Below, in pieces: positions 51,334-59,417 of a stretch of 64,000 nucleotides of DNA (position 1 is its first letter; every line of letters begins with the position of its first letter). The stretch spans positions 2,624,001 to 2,688,000 of the forward strand of contig OZ220732.1 in NCBI GenBank assembly GCA_965116905.1. The letters run 5' to 3'. A program made the position numbers and the translations under genes. A model generated the notes under the pieces. That model did no database searches, was not told the DNA's origin, and saw only the letters and a list, made by a program, of their open reading frames with translations. Source of the DNA: Longimicrobiales bacterium (GTDB lineage Bacteria; Gemmatimonadota; Gemmatimonadetes; Longimicrobiales; Gaopeijiaceae).

Positions 51334-52943
51334 TTGGTGCTTGCCTTCGCGGGCTGGGCCGACACGTCAATCGACAGTGCGCAACCGGAACAGGGCGGCG
51401 GAACCACGGCCGCGCAGACAGGCTTTGTAGCCTTGGGCGACTTCGTGAGCTCCGGCGCGTGCCGCGGATGCTACTCCCTACCAATACGCCAGTTGGGGTT
51501 CTCCTCCACTCACGGCGGAGCCGGGAGGATGCCTCCGCCGAGAAACCGTCATCGCCCCCTTCGACGGCACCCCGATCCCGTTTCGCGATGGCACGCTCAC
51601 CCCGCGGGTCGACTCCGCGGACCAGTACTTCTTCAACGTTCGTGAAGACGGCGCCCCAGACCGTGTGATCACCGTGAATGGAGTCATCGGCGGTGGTCAT
51701 ATGCTGGGGGATGGCACGCAGAGATTCGTGACGCGGACGGCCGACGGGACGGTTCGCTTCCTTCCCTTCGACTACTCCCGGCAACTGGACGATTGGTTCT
51801 GCAACACCAGCTACGCGCGAGTACCGTGGGTGGGCGCCGATTCACGGCCGACATGGCCCTCGCGGACTGTGGAGACTGGCCGCCCGTGCGGTTTCTCGAA
51901 ACCCACGCGCGGATCGCGAACCGCCAGTCCCGCCACGGCAGTCAAATCACGGCGGAGTTCAAGCCGGGCCAGGGCATGTTCCACGCACTGGACGTCGCTG
52001 AACGTCAACAGCGAATCCTGCCATGGCACGGCGAGGTGATGGCTGCAGGCACTCCCCCGACGGCGACATCGCCCTGGTCAGCCGGGTAACCAACGGCGTC
52101 GTCTAGGAGTCGCTCGAAGTCTGCTTCGCGCGCCACACGCTGAAGGAGGAGGGCTACCTGCCGGGGGCGCCGCTCACGGACTACCATGCCCTGAAGCTCC
52201 CGGTGCTGGACGACCATCCCTACGTGCCTGACGGTCGCGTCAGGACGTTCGCCTAGTAGGCGACGCACCTGTGTCGTCGGCGTGCTATGTCGATGGCGGC
52301 ATGACCTGCGTCGGCTGCCACGAGCCAGCACGTCCTGGGGTGCTGGGACATCAAACGGACACCGCTGGCGAGCGAGACCGACGACCGCCAGTGGCGTCGC
52401 CCGAATTCGACACGGACGAGGACGCGAGGGCGTGGATCGACGACAACGCGCCGATCAAGCTGCCCGATCAGCCTTCTCGTCTTCTTCGGCGGCCCTCTGT
52501 AGCTCCTCAGCTTCTTCTCAGACGAAGCCGTGCGCGGGGACCTGGGCGCAGCCGAGGAACCGCTCGTTAAGGCGCTTGCGGTTACGCCCAGCGATGCCGG
52601 GATCCTCAGGTCGCTGGGACTTGTGGCGAGCCAGGCAGGGGATCATGGGAGCGCGATCCAGCGCTTCACCGAAAGTCTCGATGCGGACCCGAACCAGCCT
52701 CTGGCACACGTGAACCGGGGCATCGCGCACGCCGCGGCTGGCGATCCGCGCCTACGAACGGGCAATCGCCGCCGCTCTGGAACTCGCCCGGGCGCCGTCA
52801 ACCTGGCGATCTCGCTGGCTCGTGCTGGGCGTGTGCGCGAGCCGATCAGGCACGCTCGCACCGGCGCAGGACTCGCTCCCGAGCACGAAACCGCCGACGC
52901 GGTGTTGGAGCAACTTAAGTTGGCGGTTCGCCGCAACCTCTAG
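51334..52943 (+). pseudogene. Degraded multiheme cytochrome c plus TPR protein
   Basis: Pieces in different frames: CRGCY, NRQSRHG, NSESCHG, CFARH, CVGCH; TAG TAG at about 52254-52259; TPR remnant LVKALAVTPSDAGILRSLG...NQPLAHVNRG. Confidence 0.8.
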
Positions 52944-52954
52944 ATCTAGAGATT

Positions 52955-53343
52955 GAGCTGGCGGCTGTAGAGCCCCGCCGTTGGCCCCGAGTCGCTGGTG
53001 CACGACACCGCAGGGCCTACGGGTGTGTAGCGACGCGCGAAGTGCTTGGCAGGGGGCTTCAGGCGGTGATTGCGGGTCCCTTCCCATACCGGCCCAACGT
53101 TGGTTGACGAGACGAGTGACCTGCGTCCGCGAGTAGCCCGTCACCTTCTCCGGGAACCGCTTCACCAGACGTTTATCATACCGCCCGAGGCTGCGGTATC
53201 GGAAGCGGACCAGCGTCCGCCCAACGAAGGCGTAGGTAGAGGGCCGGTCGGTGAGATCGACGTCGACCGGTTCGTCGCCCGCCACGAAGGTCCACATCCG
53301 CTCGAGGGGTCCGGATCCTTTGGGTACGAAGTGTCACGATCAT
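52955..53343 (-). mobile_element. Truncated, frameshifted IS transposase/integrase N-terminus (ISNCY-like)
   Basis: GGAGG-ATG MIVTLRTQRIRT (frameshift) LERMWTFVAG...YAFVGRTLVRFRYRSLGRYDKRLVKRF.EKVTGYSRTQVTRLV...FARRYT. Confidence 0.7.
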
Positions 53344-53439
53344 CCTCCAGTGCCTCTTCGCCCCGCGCTTCAGCCTCACCTGCCGCTGAAGAACCGGCCT
53401 ACTGCTCGGGCTCCCTTCTCATTCGACAAGACTGGGTAT

Positions 53440-53468
53440 TTGACAGGGACGCGAATCGGTAGTAACTT
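53440..53468 (+). promoter_or_regulatory. Sigma70-like promoter of the two-gene unit
   Basis: TTGACA-17 nt-TAACTT. Confidence 0.65.
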
Positions 53469-53558
53469 CATCGTGCGGTTCGTAGTTCTGGCGTCATGAG
53501 TTGAGTTTCTCACGGAAAGTACTCACCACGACCTTCGGAAACAGCGAACAAACGGCAC

Positions 53559-54227
53559 ATGCGAAACTCCAGCAAGCGCCTTAGGCGCTTTTTGCGGAAG
53601 GCTCTTACCCCCGGCGTTCTGTTCGTATCGATGCTCGGGGCGTACGTCGCGACCTCAAGTCTAATGGAGATGTTCCGACCCGTTGAGGTCGCCACGTCTC
53701 GCGCGGACGCCGCAACTTCCGATGGGACTACTGACGCGTTTGCTTCGGCCAACGGCGTGCACTTGGTTGCCTTTGTCATCACAACGTCGAGTTGCGGTTG
53801 GTCTACTCAGCCCCGTACCATGGGGGCCCTTGGCAGCATCCGGGAGAGGTTGCGCTCCGTGTATGGCGACAAGTATGCGCGTGTCGGAGTTGTGGGCGTA
53901 GCGATCGACGATGACCCCGAGACTGGAGTGGCGTTTCTCTCCGACATCGCGGGGGGGTCTGTTCGCACAGCTTTCGACCAAGTCGTGATCGGGGGGAGTT
54001 GGCTCAACGAGCAGATCGTGCGATTCGTGTGGCGAGAAGGGGTTGCTGAGGCCGCGACGCCTCAAGTGATTGTACTCGAACGTATCGTTGACACGAGTTT
54101 GTACCCATCGGACTATACGATTGGAATCGGCGACGACCGAATCGTGGCGAATGCAAGGGGCAGTTCAGACATAATCCAGTGGCTCCAACATGGGTTGCCA
54201 CTTGACGACGGAAACGACGATGGGTAA
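53559..54227 (+). CDS. Membrane-anchored thioredoxin-fold (TlpA/ResA/Prx-like) protein with CxxS
   Basis: Basic N-terminus plus TM; LVAFVITTSSCGWS, helix, VGVVGVAIDD, ATPQVIVLER (cis-Pro-like). Confidence 0.65.
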   Translation: MRNSSKRLRRFLRKALTPGVLFVSMLGAYVATSSLMEMFRPVEVATSRADAATSDGTTDAFASANGVHLVAFVITTSSCGWSTQPRTMGALGSIRERLRSVYGDKYARVGVVGVAIDDDPETGVAFLSDIAGGSVRTAFDQVVIGGSWLNEQIVRFVWREGVAEAATPQVIVLERIVDTSLYPSDYTIGIGDDRIVANARGSSDIIQWLQHGLPLDDGNDDG

Positions 54228-54335
54228 GGCGAGCTTCCTGGAAGTGGACGGAGTCTCACCCCCTTAACGAAGCCTATCACGTGAAGTCCCGGATCGTCCG
54301 GGTTAGCCAATCACCTTTCCCTTGAGGAGGGAGCC

Positions 54336-54554
54336 ATGTCAATTCGCAAATTCTTCACCTTGGTTATCGCTGGGACGATGCTTGGTGCAGTGTTCGCGAT
54401 GGCCGTGCCGCCGATTGCTGTGAATGCGTCGCCGCCCCAGGCAGGAAACGATTGTGTGTGCAATGACTACAATAGTCAGGGGCAATACCAGTGTGACGCG
54501 AACGAGACTGCCTGTGTTGCAGGTACACAAGGATGTCACTTGCTCTGCTTCTAA
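54336..54554 (+). CDS. Secreted 72-aa Cys-rich peptide (6 Cys)
   Basis: GAGGAGGGAG RBS; Sec signal MSIRKFFTLVIAG...AVNA; core C-x-C-x10-C-x6-C-x6-C-x3-C. Confidence 0.8.
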   Translation: MSIRKFFTLVIAGTMLGAVFAMAVPPIAVNASPPQAGNDCVCNDYNSQGQYQCDANETACVAGTQGCHLLCF

Positions 54555-54595
54555 AGCGCGACTGAAAACACGGGTGGAGCAGCCAGCGACGTAGG

Positions 54596-54781
54596 GATAT
54601 GGGCGCGGGGGGAAGTCATCAACACGCCTTTGACGGGACGTGATATGATGATCTCCTCCGCGCCCGTGTCGTTCTCTGGTCCCGCCTTCGGAGGGGGTTC
54701 ACGAACCTCCGAAGGGATTGAAGAGAGGGGAAGGGCATAGGGACATTCCTCGTTCAGGTTGGCCGTTTGGGCCCTTCCCTC
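54596..54781 (+). other. Three consecutive stem-loops downstream of the peptide gene
   Basis: 54596-54670 long imperfect stem; 54685-54715 ccttcggagg/cctccgaagg; 54725-54781 gaggggaagggc/gcccttccctc. Confidence 0.6.
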
Positions 54782-54827
54782 AAGAGGGGATGCGAGGTTC
54801 CGGTTGTCTGTACAGGTGGGCTTTAAG

Positions 54828-54879
54828 CATCAATGTGCGGTCCGGCTTAAGTTCATCAATGTGCAGTCCGGCTTAAGTT
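54828..54879. repeat. 26-bp direct tandem duplication
   Basis: catcaatgtgcggtccggcttaagtt / catcaatgtgcagtccggcttaagtt. Confidence 0.9.
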
Positions 54880-54904
54880 CTCGCGAGCGCGGGCAGCGTT
54901 CATG

Positions 54905-55070
54905 TAACCAGCTGCTGGAGGATGCATTCCTCCTTGAGCGTTCAGATGAAGTGCTCGGCGACACCGATGCGCTGTGGTTCGCAGACGTAAGTGGGTGTGG
55001 AGCGGATGCCGAGTCAATTGATCTCGGCTTGGAAACTGCTTGGCCCTGTTACTGCGGGCCCCAGCTGTAC
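54905..55070 (-). mobile_element. IS3-type integrase-core remnant with in-frame stops
   Basis: Minus-strand translation WGPQ*...FQAEIN*LGIRSTPTYVCEPQRIGVAEHFI*TLKEECI. Confidence 0.75.
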
Positions 55071-55183
55071 AAGTATGGTAATCACCTGACGCCCGGCCTC
55101 GCCGAGGTCAGTTCTACGCTGCGGTCTTGACCTCCTTTCTGGCTGAGGGCTTCCGGGCGCGCGGCTTCCGCGGGATCCCGGCC

Positions 55184-55650
55184 TTAGACCTCGTAGGGCG
55201 TCCTGCTCTCCATGCCGCGGCAGCGGTGGGGCCTGCGGGTGTTGTAGGTTCCAAGATCAGGTGGTCCGGCCCTTGATTTGGAGATGCTCTTGATAGGAGC
55301 GTCCGGGTGGAACCGCTCGCGGAAGCCGTTCGACCGGGGCTTGCCGACCTTGGTGGTGCGGTGCTCGATCTGCTCGAGCTGCAGGAAAGAGTTCGCAGGG
55401 GGCGCTTTGTCCGGCCGGCCGCAGTACTCGCAGCGATTGTCGCCCAGGATCGTCTGGACCTTCACGGCGCGCTCCTCCTCGAGGTGTAGAGCCAGGCCCA
55501 GACGAAGCGGCTAAAGAAACCGATGGTGGCGGGTCAGGAGGTCGGTACGCATCCAGGCGTCCCGCACCGCGCCCCAACTGACCTGGATCCCCGTGAGCAT
55601 CGGCTCGGCCGCGACGCGCGGTGCGTTCTGCTCGCCGCGTGGTTCCTCAT
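55184..55650 (-). mobile_element. IS481-type transposase remnant
   Basis: PRVAAEPMLTGIQVSWGAVRDAWMRTDLLTRHHR, TILGDNRCEYCGRPD, FLQLEQIEHRTTKV..PRSNGF.ERFH, YNTRRPH..RGM; frameshifts and deletions. Confidence 0.8.
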
Positions 55651-55747
55651 TGAGCAACGCTCGTTCTTGATCGTCATCTTGTTTGGTCCTATCCTGCCCC
55701 GGTAGCAGGATCGCCGTTTTCAGTCTTCCCAAGGAGCTTTTTTCCTC

Positions 55748-58700
55748 ATGCCCTACCAGCGTCGCTTCCCATTCCTCGCCGCCGCCGTCGTCGCCGGCGC
55801 GGCCGTTGCCGCCGTCTGGCCCCAGACCCCCGTCCACGCCCAGCAGAGTTACGACGAGGCCCTGTGGGGTTCGCTCGAATGGCGCAACGTGGGTCCGCCC
55901 CGGGGGGGGCGCTCCATCGCCGCCGCGGGCTCGGACGCCCGCCCGTTCGAGTACTACATGGGCACCACCGGGGGCGGTCTCTGGAAGACCACGGACGCCG
56001 GGCAGAACTGGGAGCCGATCACCGACGGGCAGATCAACAGCGCGTCGATCGGCGCGGTACAGGTCTGCGAGAGCAACCCCGACATCGTCTACATGGGGAC
56101 GGGCGAGACCCAGATCCGCGGGAACATCCAGCAGGGCGACGGGGCCTACAAGTCCACCGACGCCGGCGAGACCTGGGAGCACATCGGGCTGACCGAGACC
56201 CAGAACATCGCGCGGATTCGCATCCACCCGGACAACTGCGACGTGGCGTGGGCCGCGGCCTTCGGCAAACACTCGGCCAACAACCCCGAGCGGGGCATCT
56301 TCAAGACCACCGACGGCGGGGCGACGTGGCGGCGGGTCCTCTACAAGAGCGACAGGGCCGGCGGGGTGGACATCAGCGTGGACGTGACGAATCCGGACAT
56401 CATCTACGCCGCGATCTGGGAGGCATGGCGCCGTTCCTGGGGGATGTCGTCTGGGGGTGAGGACAGCGGCCTCTACAAGTCCACCGACGGAGGCGAGAGC
56501 TGGACCGAGATCACCGCCAACGTCGGTCTGGCGGAGGGACCGGTCGGGAAGATCGGGGTTGCCGTGTCGCCCGCGAACCCGGACCGCGTTTGGGCGCTGA
56601 TCGAACACGAACCCGACGGGGGCGTGTGGCGCTCGGACGACGCCGGGGCCACCTGGGAGCGCGTGAACGACGAACGCAAGCTGAGGCAGCGCGCCTTCTA
56701 CTACACGCGCGTGTACGCCGACCCCAACGACGAGGACGTCATGTACGCCCTGAACACGGGGCTGTACCGGTCGCGGGATGGCGGCGAGACATTCCCCCGC
56801 GGCATTCAGGTGCCGCACGGGGACAACCACGACCTGTGGATCGCCCCCGGCGACTCGGACCGCATGATCAACGCGAACGACGGCGGGGCCAACGTCACGT
56901 TCAACGGGGGCGAGAGCTGGACCGACCAGGACTATTCCACGGCCCAGTTCTACCGGGTGATCACGACCGAGCACACCCCGTACCACATCTGCGGTGGCCA
57001 GCAGGACAACTCGACCGCGTGCATCCCCGTGCGCGGCTGGAACCAGATGGCGGCCCGCGGGCCGGGCAATCGCGCCTGGTACTACGCGGTGGGCGGGTGC
57101 GAGAGCGGGTACGTGGCGCCCAACCCGGTCAACCTCGACGTCTTCTACGCGGGCTGCTACGGGGGTGCGCTGTCGCGCTTCGACATGGCCACGGGCGCGA
57201 CGCGCGCGGTCAACGTGTGGCCCGAGAACCCCATGGGCCAGTCCTCCGAGGACCTCATCGAACGCGTGCAATGGACCTTCCCCATCGTCTTCTCCAACCA
57301 CGACCCGGACGTCCTCTACACGGGGACGCAGAAGGTCTGGAAGACGACGACCGAGGGACAGAGCTGGGAGCAGATCAGCCCGGATCTGACCCGCGCCGAC
57401 GCCATGACGATGGGCCCCTCGGGCGGCCCCATCACGAAGGACCAGACGGGCGTGGAGACGTACGCCACGGTCTTCGCGATCGCCCCGTCCTACCACGACG
57501 CCGAGGTGATCTGGGCGGGCTCGGACGACGGGCTCGTGCACGTCACCCGCGACGGCGGCCTCAACTGGTCGAACGTGACCCCGCCCGACGCGCCGGACTT
57601 CGTGCGCATCAACACGATCGACGCGTCGCCGAACACGCCGGGCAAGGCGTACGTCTCGGGGATCCGCTACCTCGTGGACGACGACCGCGGCCCCTACATC
57701 TGGAAGACCGACGACTACGGACAGACATGGACGAAGATTGTCGGCGGGCTGCCCGAGGACGACTTCATCCGTGCGACGCGCGAGGATCCGCAGCGTGCCG
57801 GCCTGCTGTACGCGGCGTCCGAGCGCACGGTGTACGTCTCGTTCGACGACGGGGGGATGTGGCAGCCGCTGTCCCTGAATCTGCCGGTCGTGCAGGTGTC
57901 GGACCTCGTCGTCGAGGAAAACGACCTGGTGATCGCCACCCACGGCCGCTCCTTCTGGGTGCTCGAGAACATCGGGCCGCTGCGCCAGCTGACGGATGAG
58001 ATCGCGGCCGCCGACGCGTGGCTCTTCGATCCCATCGACCCCATCCGCGGGATCGACTTCGGGGCCGAGTTCCAGTACTACCTGGCCGAGGACGCCGAGA
58101 GCGTGACCTTCGAGGTCCTCGACGCCGCGGGCGACATCATCCGCACCTATGAAGCGGTGGCGGGCGACGACGAAGAGGAGGAGGAAGTGAGTCCCTTCGC
58201 CGCGTTCTTCGGGGGTGGGGGCGGCGGCCAGCCGGCGGTGGGGCAGGGGTCCCACTCGTTCCGCTGGGACATGCGCTATCCCGCGTGGACGGACTTCGAG
58301 GGAAGGATCATGTGGGCGGCGCGGCCGATGGGCCCGACCGCCGTCCCCGGGACCTACACGGTGCGAATGACCGTGAACGGCGGAGCCCCGCTGACGCGCG
58401 ACTTCGACATCCGGATCAATCCGAACCTGGAGGGCGTGACCGTGGCGGACCTTCGGGAACGCTTCGAACTGGCGATCGAGATCCGTGACCGGGTGTCGGA
58501 GGCCAACGAGGCCGTGATCAAGGTGCGCGACATCAAGGGGCAGATCGACGAGCGGCTCGAGGAGACCGAAAACGAGGAGGTCGAGGAGCAGGCGGTCGTC
58601 GTGGACGAGAACCTGAGCGTGGTCGAGGCCGAGATCTACCAGGTCCGCAACCAGAGCAACCAGGATCCGCTCAACTTCCCGATCAAGCTCAACAACAAGC

Positions 58701-58903
58701 TGGCGGCGTTGCTGGGGGTGGTCGAAAGCGCGGAAAACCGGCCGACCGACCAGTCGCACGAGGTGTTCCAGCACCTCTCGGCGCTCCTGGACGAGCAGAT
58801 GTCGCAGATGGAAATCGTGATTCGGCGGGATCTGGGCCGGCTGAACGAACTGTTGATCCGCGAGGGACTGGAACCGATCGAAGACAGGCGGCTCGTGAGC
58901 TAG
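55748..58903 (+). CDS. Secreted VPS10/BNR (Asp-box) repeat glycosyl hydrolase-like protein
   Basis: WRNVGP.RGGR, many KTTDGG.TW / SDDAG.TW repeats, QFYRV, GGQQDNS, ATHGRSFW. Confidence 0.88.
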   Translation: MPYQRRFPFLAAAVVAGAAVAAVWPQTPVHAQQSYDEALWGSLEWRNVGPPRGGRSIAAAGSDARPFEYYMGTTGGGLWKTTDAGQNWEPITDGQINSASIGAVQVCESNPDIVYMGTGETQIRGNIQQGDGAYKSTDAGETWEHIGLTETQNIARIRIHPDNCDVAWAAAFGKHSANNPERGIFKTTDGGATWRRVLYKSDRAGGVDISVDVTNPDIIYAAIWEAWRRSWGMSSGGEDSGLYKSTDGGESWTEITANVGLAEGPVGKIGVAVSPANPDRVWALIEHEPDGGVWRSDDAGATWERVNDERKLRQRAFYYTRVYADPNDEDVMYALNTGLYRSRDGGETFPRGIQVPHGDNHDLWIAPGDSDRMINANDGGANVTFNGGESWTDQDYSTAQFYRVITTEHTPYHICGGQQDNSTACIPVRGWNQMAARGPGNRAWYYAVGGCESGYVAPNPVNLDVFYAGCYGGALSRFDMATGATRAVNVWPENPMGQSSEDLIERVQWTFPIVFSNHDPDVLYTGTQKVWKTTTEGQSWEQISPDLTRADAMTMGPSGGPITKDQTGVETYATVFAIAPSYHDAEVIWAGSDDGLVHVTRDGGLNWSNVTPPDAPDFVRINTIDASPNTPGKAYVSGIRYLVDDDRGPYIWKTDDYGQTWTKIVGGLPEDDFIRATREDPQRAGLLYAASERTVYVSFDDGGMWQPLSLNLPVVQVSDLVVEENDLVIATHGRSFWVLENIGPLRQLTDEIAAADAWLFDPIDPIRGIDFGAEFQYYLAEDAESVTFEVLDAAGDIIRTYEAVAGDDEEEEEVSPFAAFFGGGGGGQPAVGQGSHSFRWDMRYPAWTDFEGRIMWAARPMGPTAVPGTYTVRMTVNGGAPLTRDFDIRINPNLEGVTVADLRERFELAIEIRDRVSEANEAVIKVRDIKGQIDERLEETENEEVEEQAVVVDENLSVVEAEIYQVRNQSNQDPLNFPIKLNNKLAALLGVVESAENRPTDQSHEVFQHLSALLDEQMSQMEIVIRRDLGRLNELLIREGLEPIEDRRLVS

Positions 58904-58969
58904 GGGCTCGTCGAGCGGCCAGGAGAATCAGGGGTCCACGGGACCCCAACGAAAGGCGAGGAGGCTCGG

Positions 58970-59347
58970 ATGAATCGGCGAGTGAAGTACCTGGCAATGG
59001 CCGCAGTGGCCGTGGCCCTGGCGGGATGCGCCGGTTCGGTCGAGCGGTCGAACCCCTTTGAAGGCGGCAACGCGGCGGCCCGCAGCATTCGGATCAACGT
59101 CGTCAACAACAACTTCAACGAGGCGACGCTGCGGGCCGTAGCGCGGACGGAGCGCCGTCTGGGCATCGTGCCGGGCAACGGCAGGGAGAGCTTCACGGTT
59201 GCGTGGCCGACCGTCGACGACCTCCGGATCCGGATCGACCTGCTGGCCGGGGACGATATCATCACCAACCGGGTTTCGGTTGGGCCGGGCGACACGGTGT
59301 ACCTGACGATCACGAACCCTCTGTACCGCTCGCTGCTGCGGCGCTAG
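58970..59347 (+). CDS. Hypothetical lipoprotein
   Basis: GAGGAGG RBS, lipobox LAGC, V.NNNF...RRLG.V. Confidence 0.75.
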   Translation: MNRRVKYLAMAAVAVALAGCAGSVERSNPFEGGNAAARSIRINVVNNNFNEATLRAVARTERRLGIVPGNGRESFTVAWPTVDDLRIRIDLLAGDDIITNRVSVGPGDTVYLTITNPLYRSLLRR

Positions 59348-59396
59348 AGTCCGTTACGGGGGCGGCGTCCGCCGGTCTCGGCCGGAGGCTCGTGAG

Positions 59397-59416
59397 TTAG
59401 CTAGATATCTAGCTAA
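59397..59416. repeat. Perfect 20-bp AT-rich palindrome
   Basis: TTAGCTAGATATCTAGCTAA between convergent genes. Confidence 0.9.
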
Positions 59417-59417
59417 G

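Noticed and set aside
54262..54308. Integron attC between the two cassette genes (ccttaac...gttagcc)
   Set aside because: Too short, core sites imperfect, arms not complementary, and no integron integrase present.
54759..55130. 123-aa + strand ORF
   Set aside because: It is the antisense of the IS3-type integrase remnant and has no RBS or recognisable domain.
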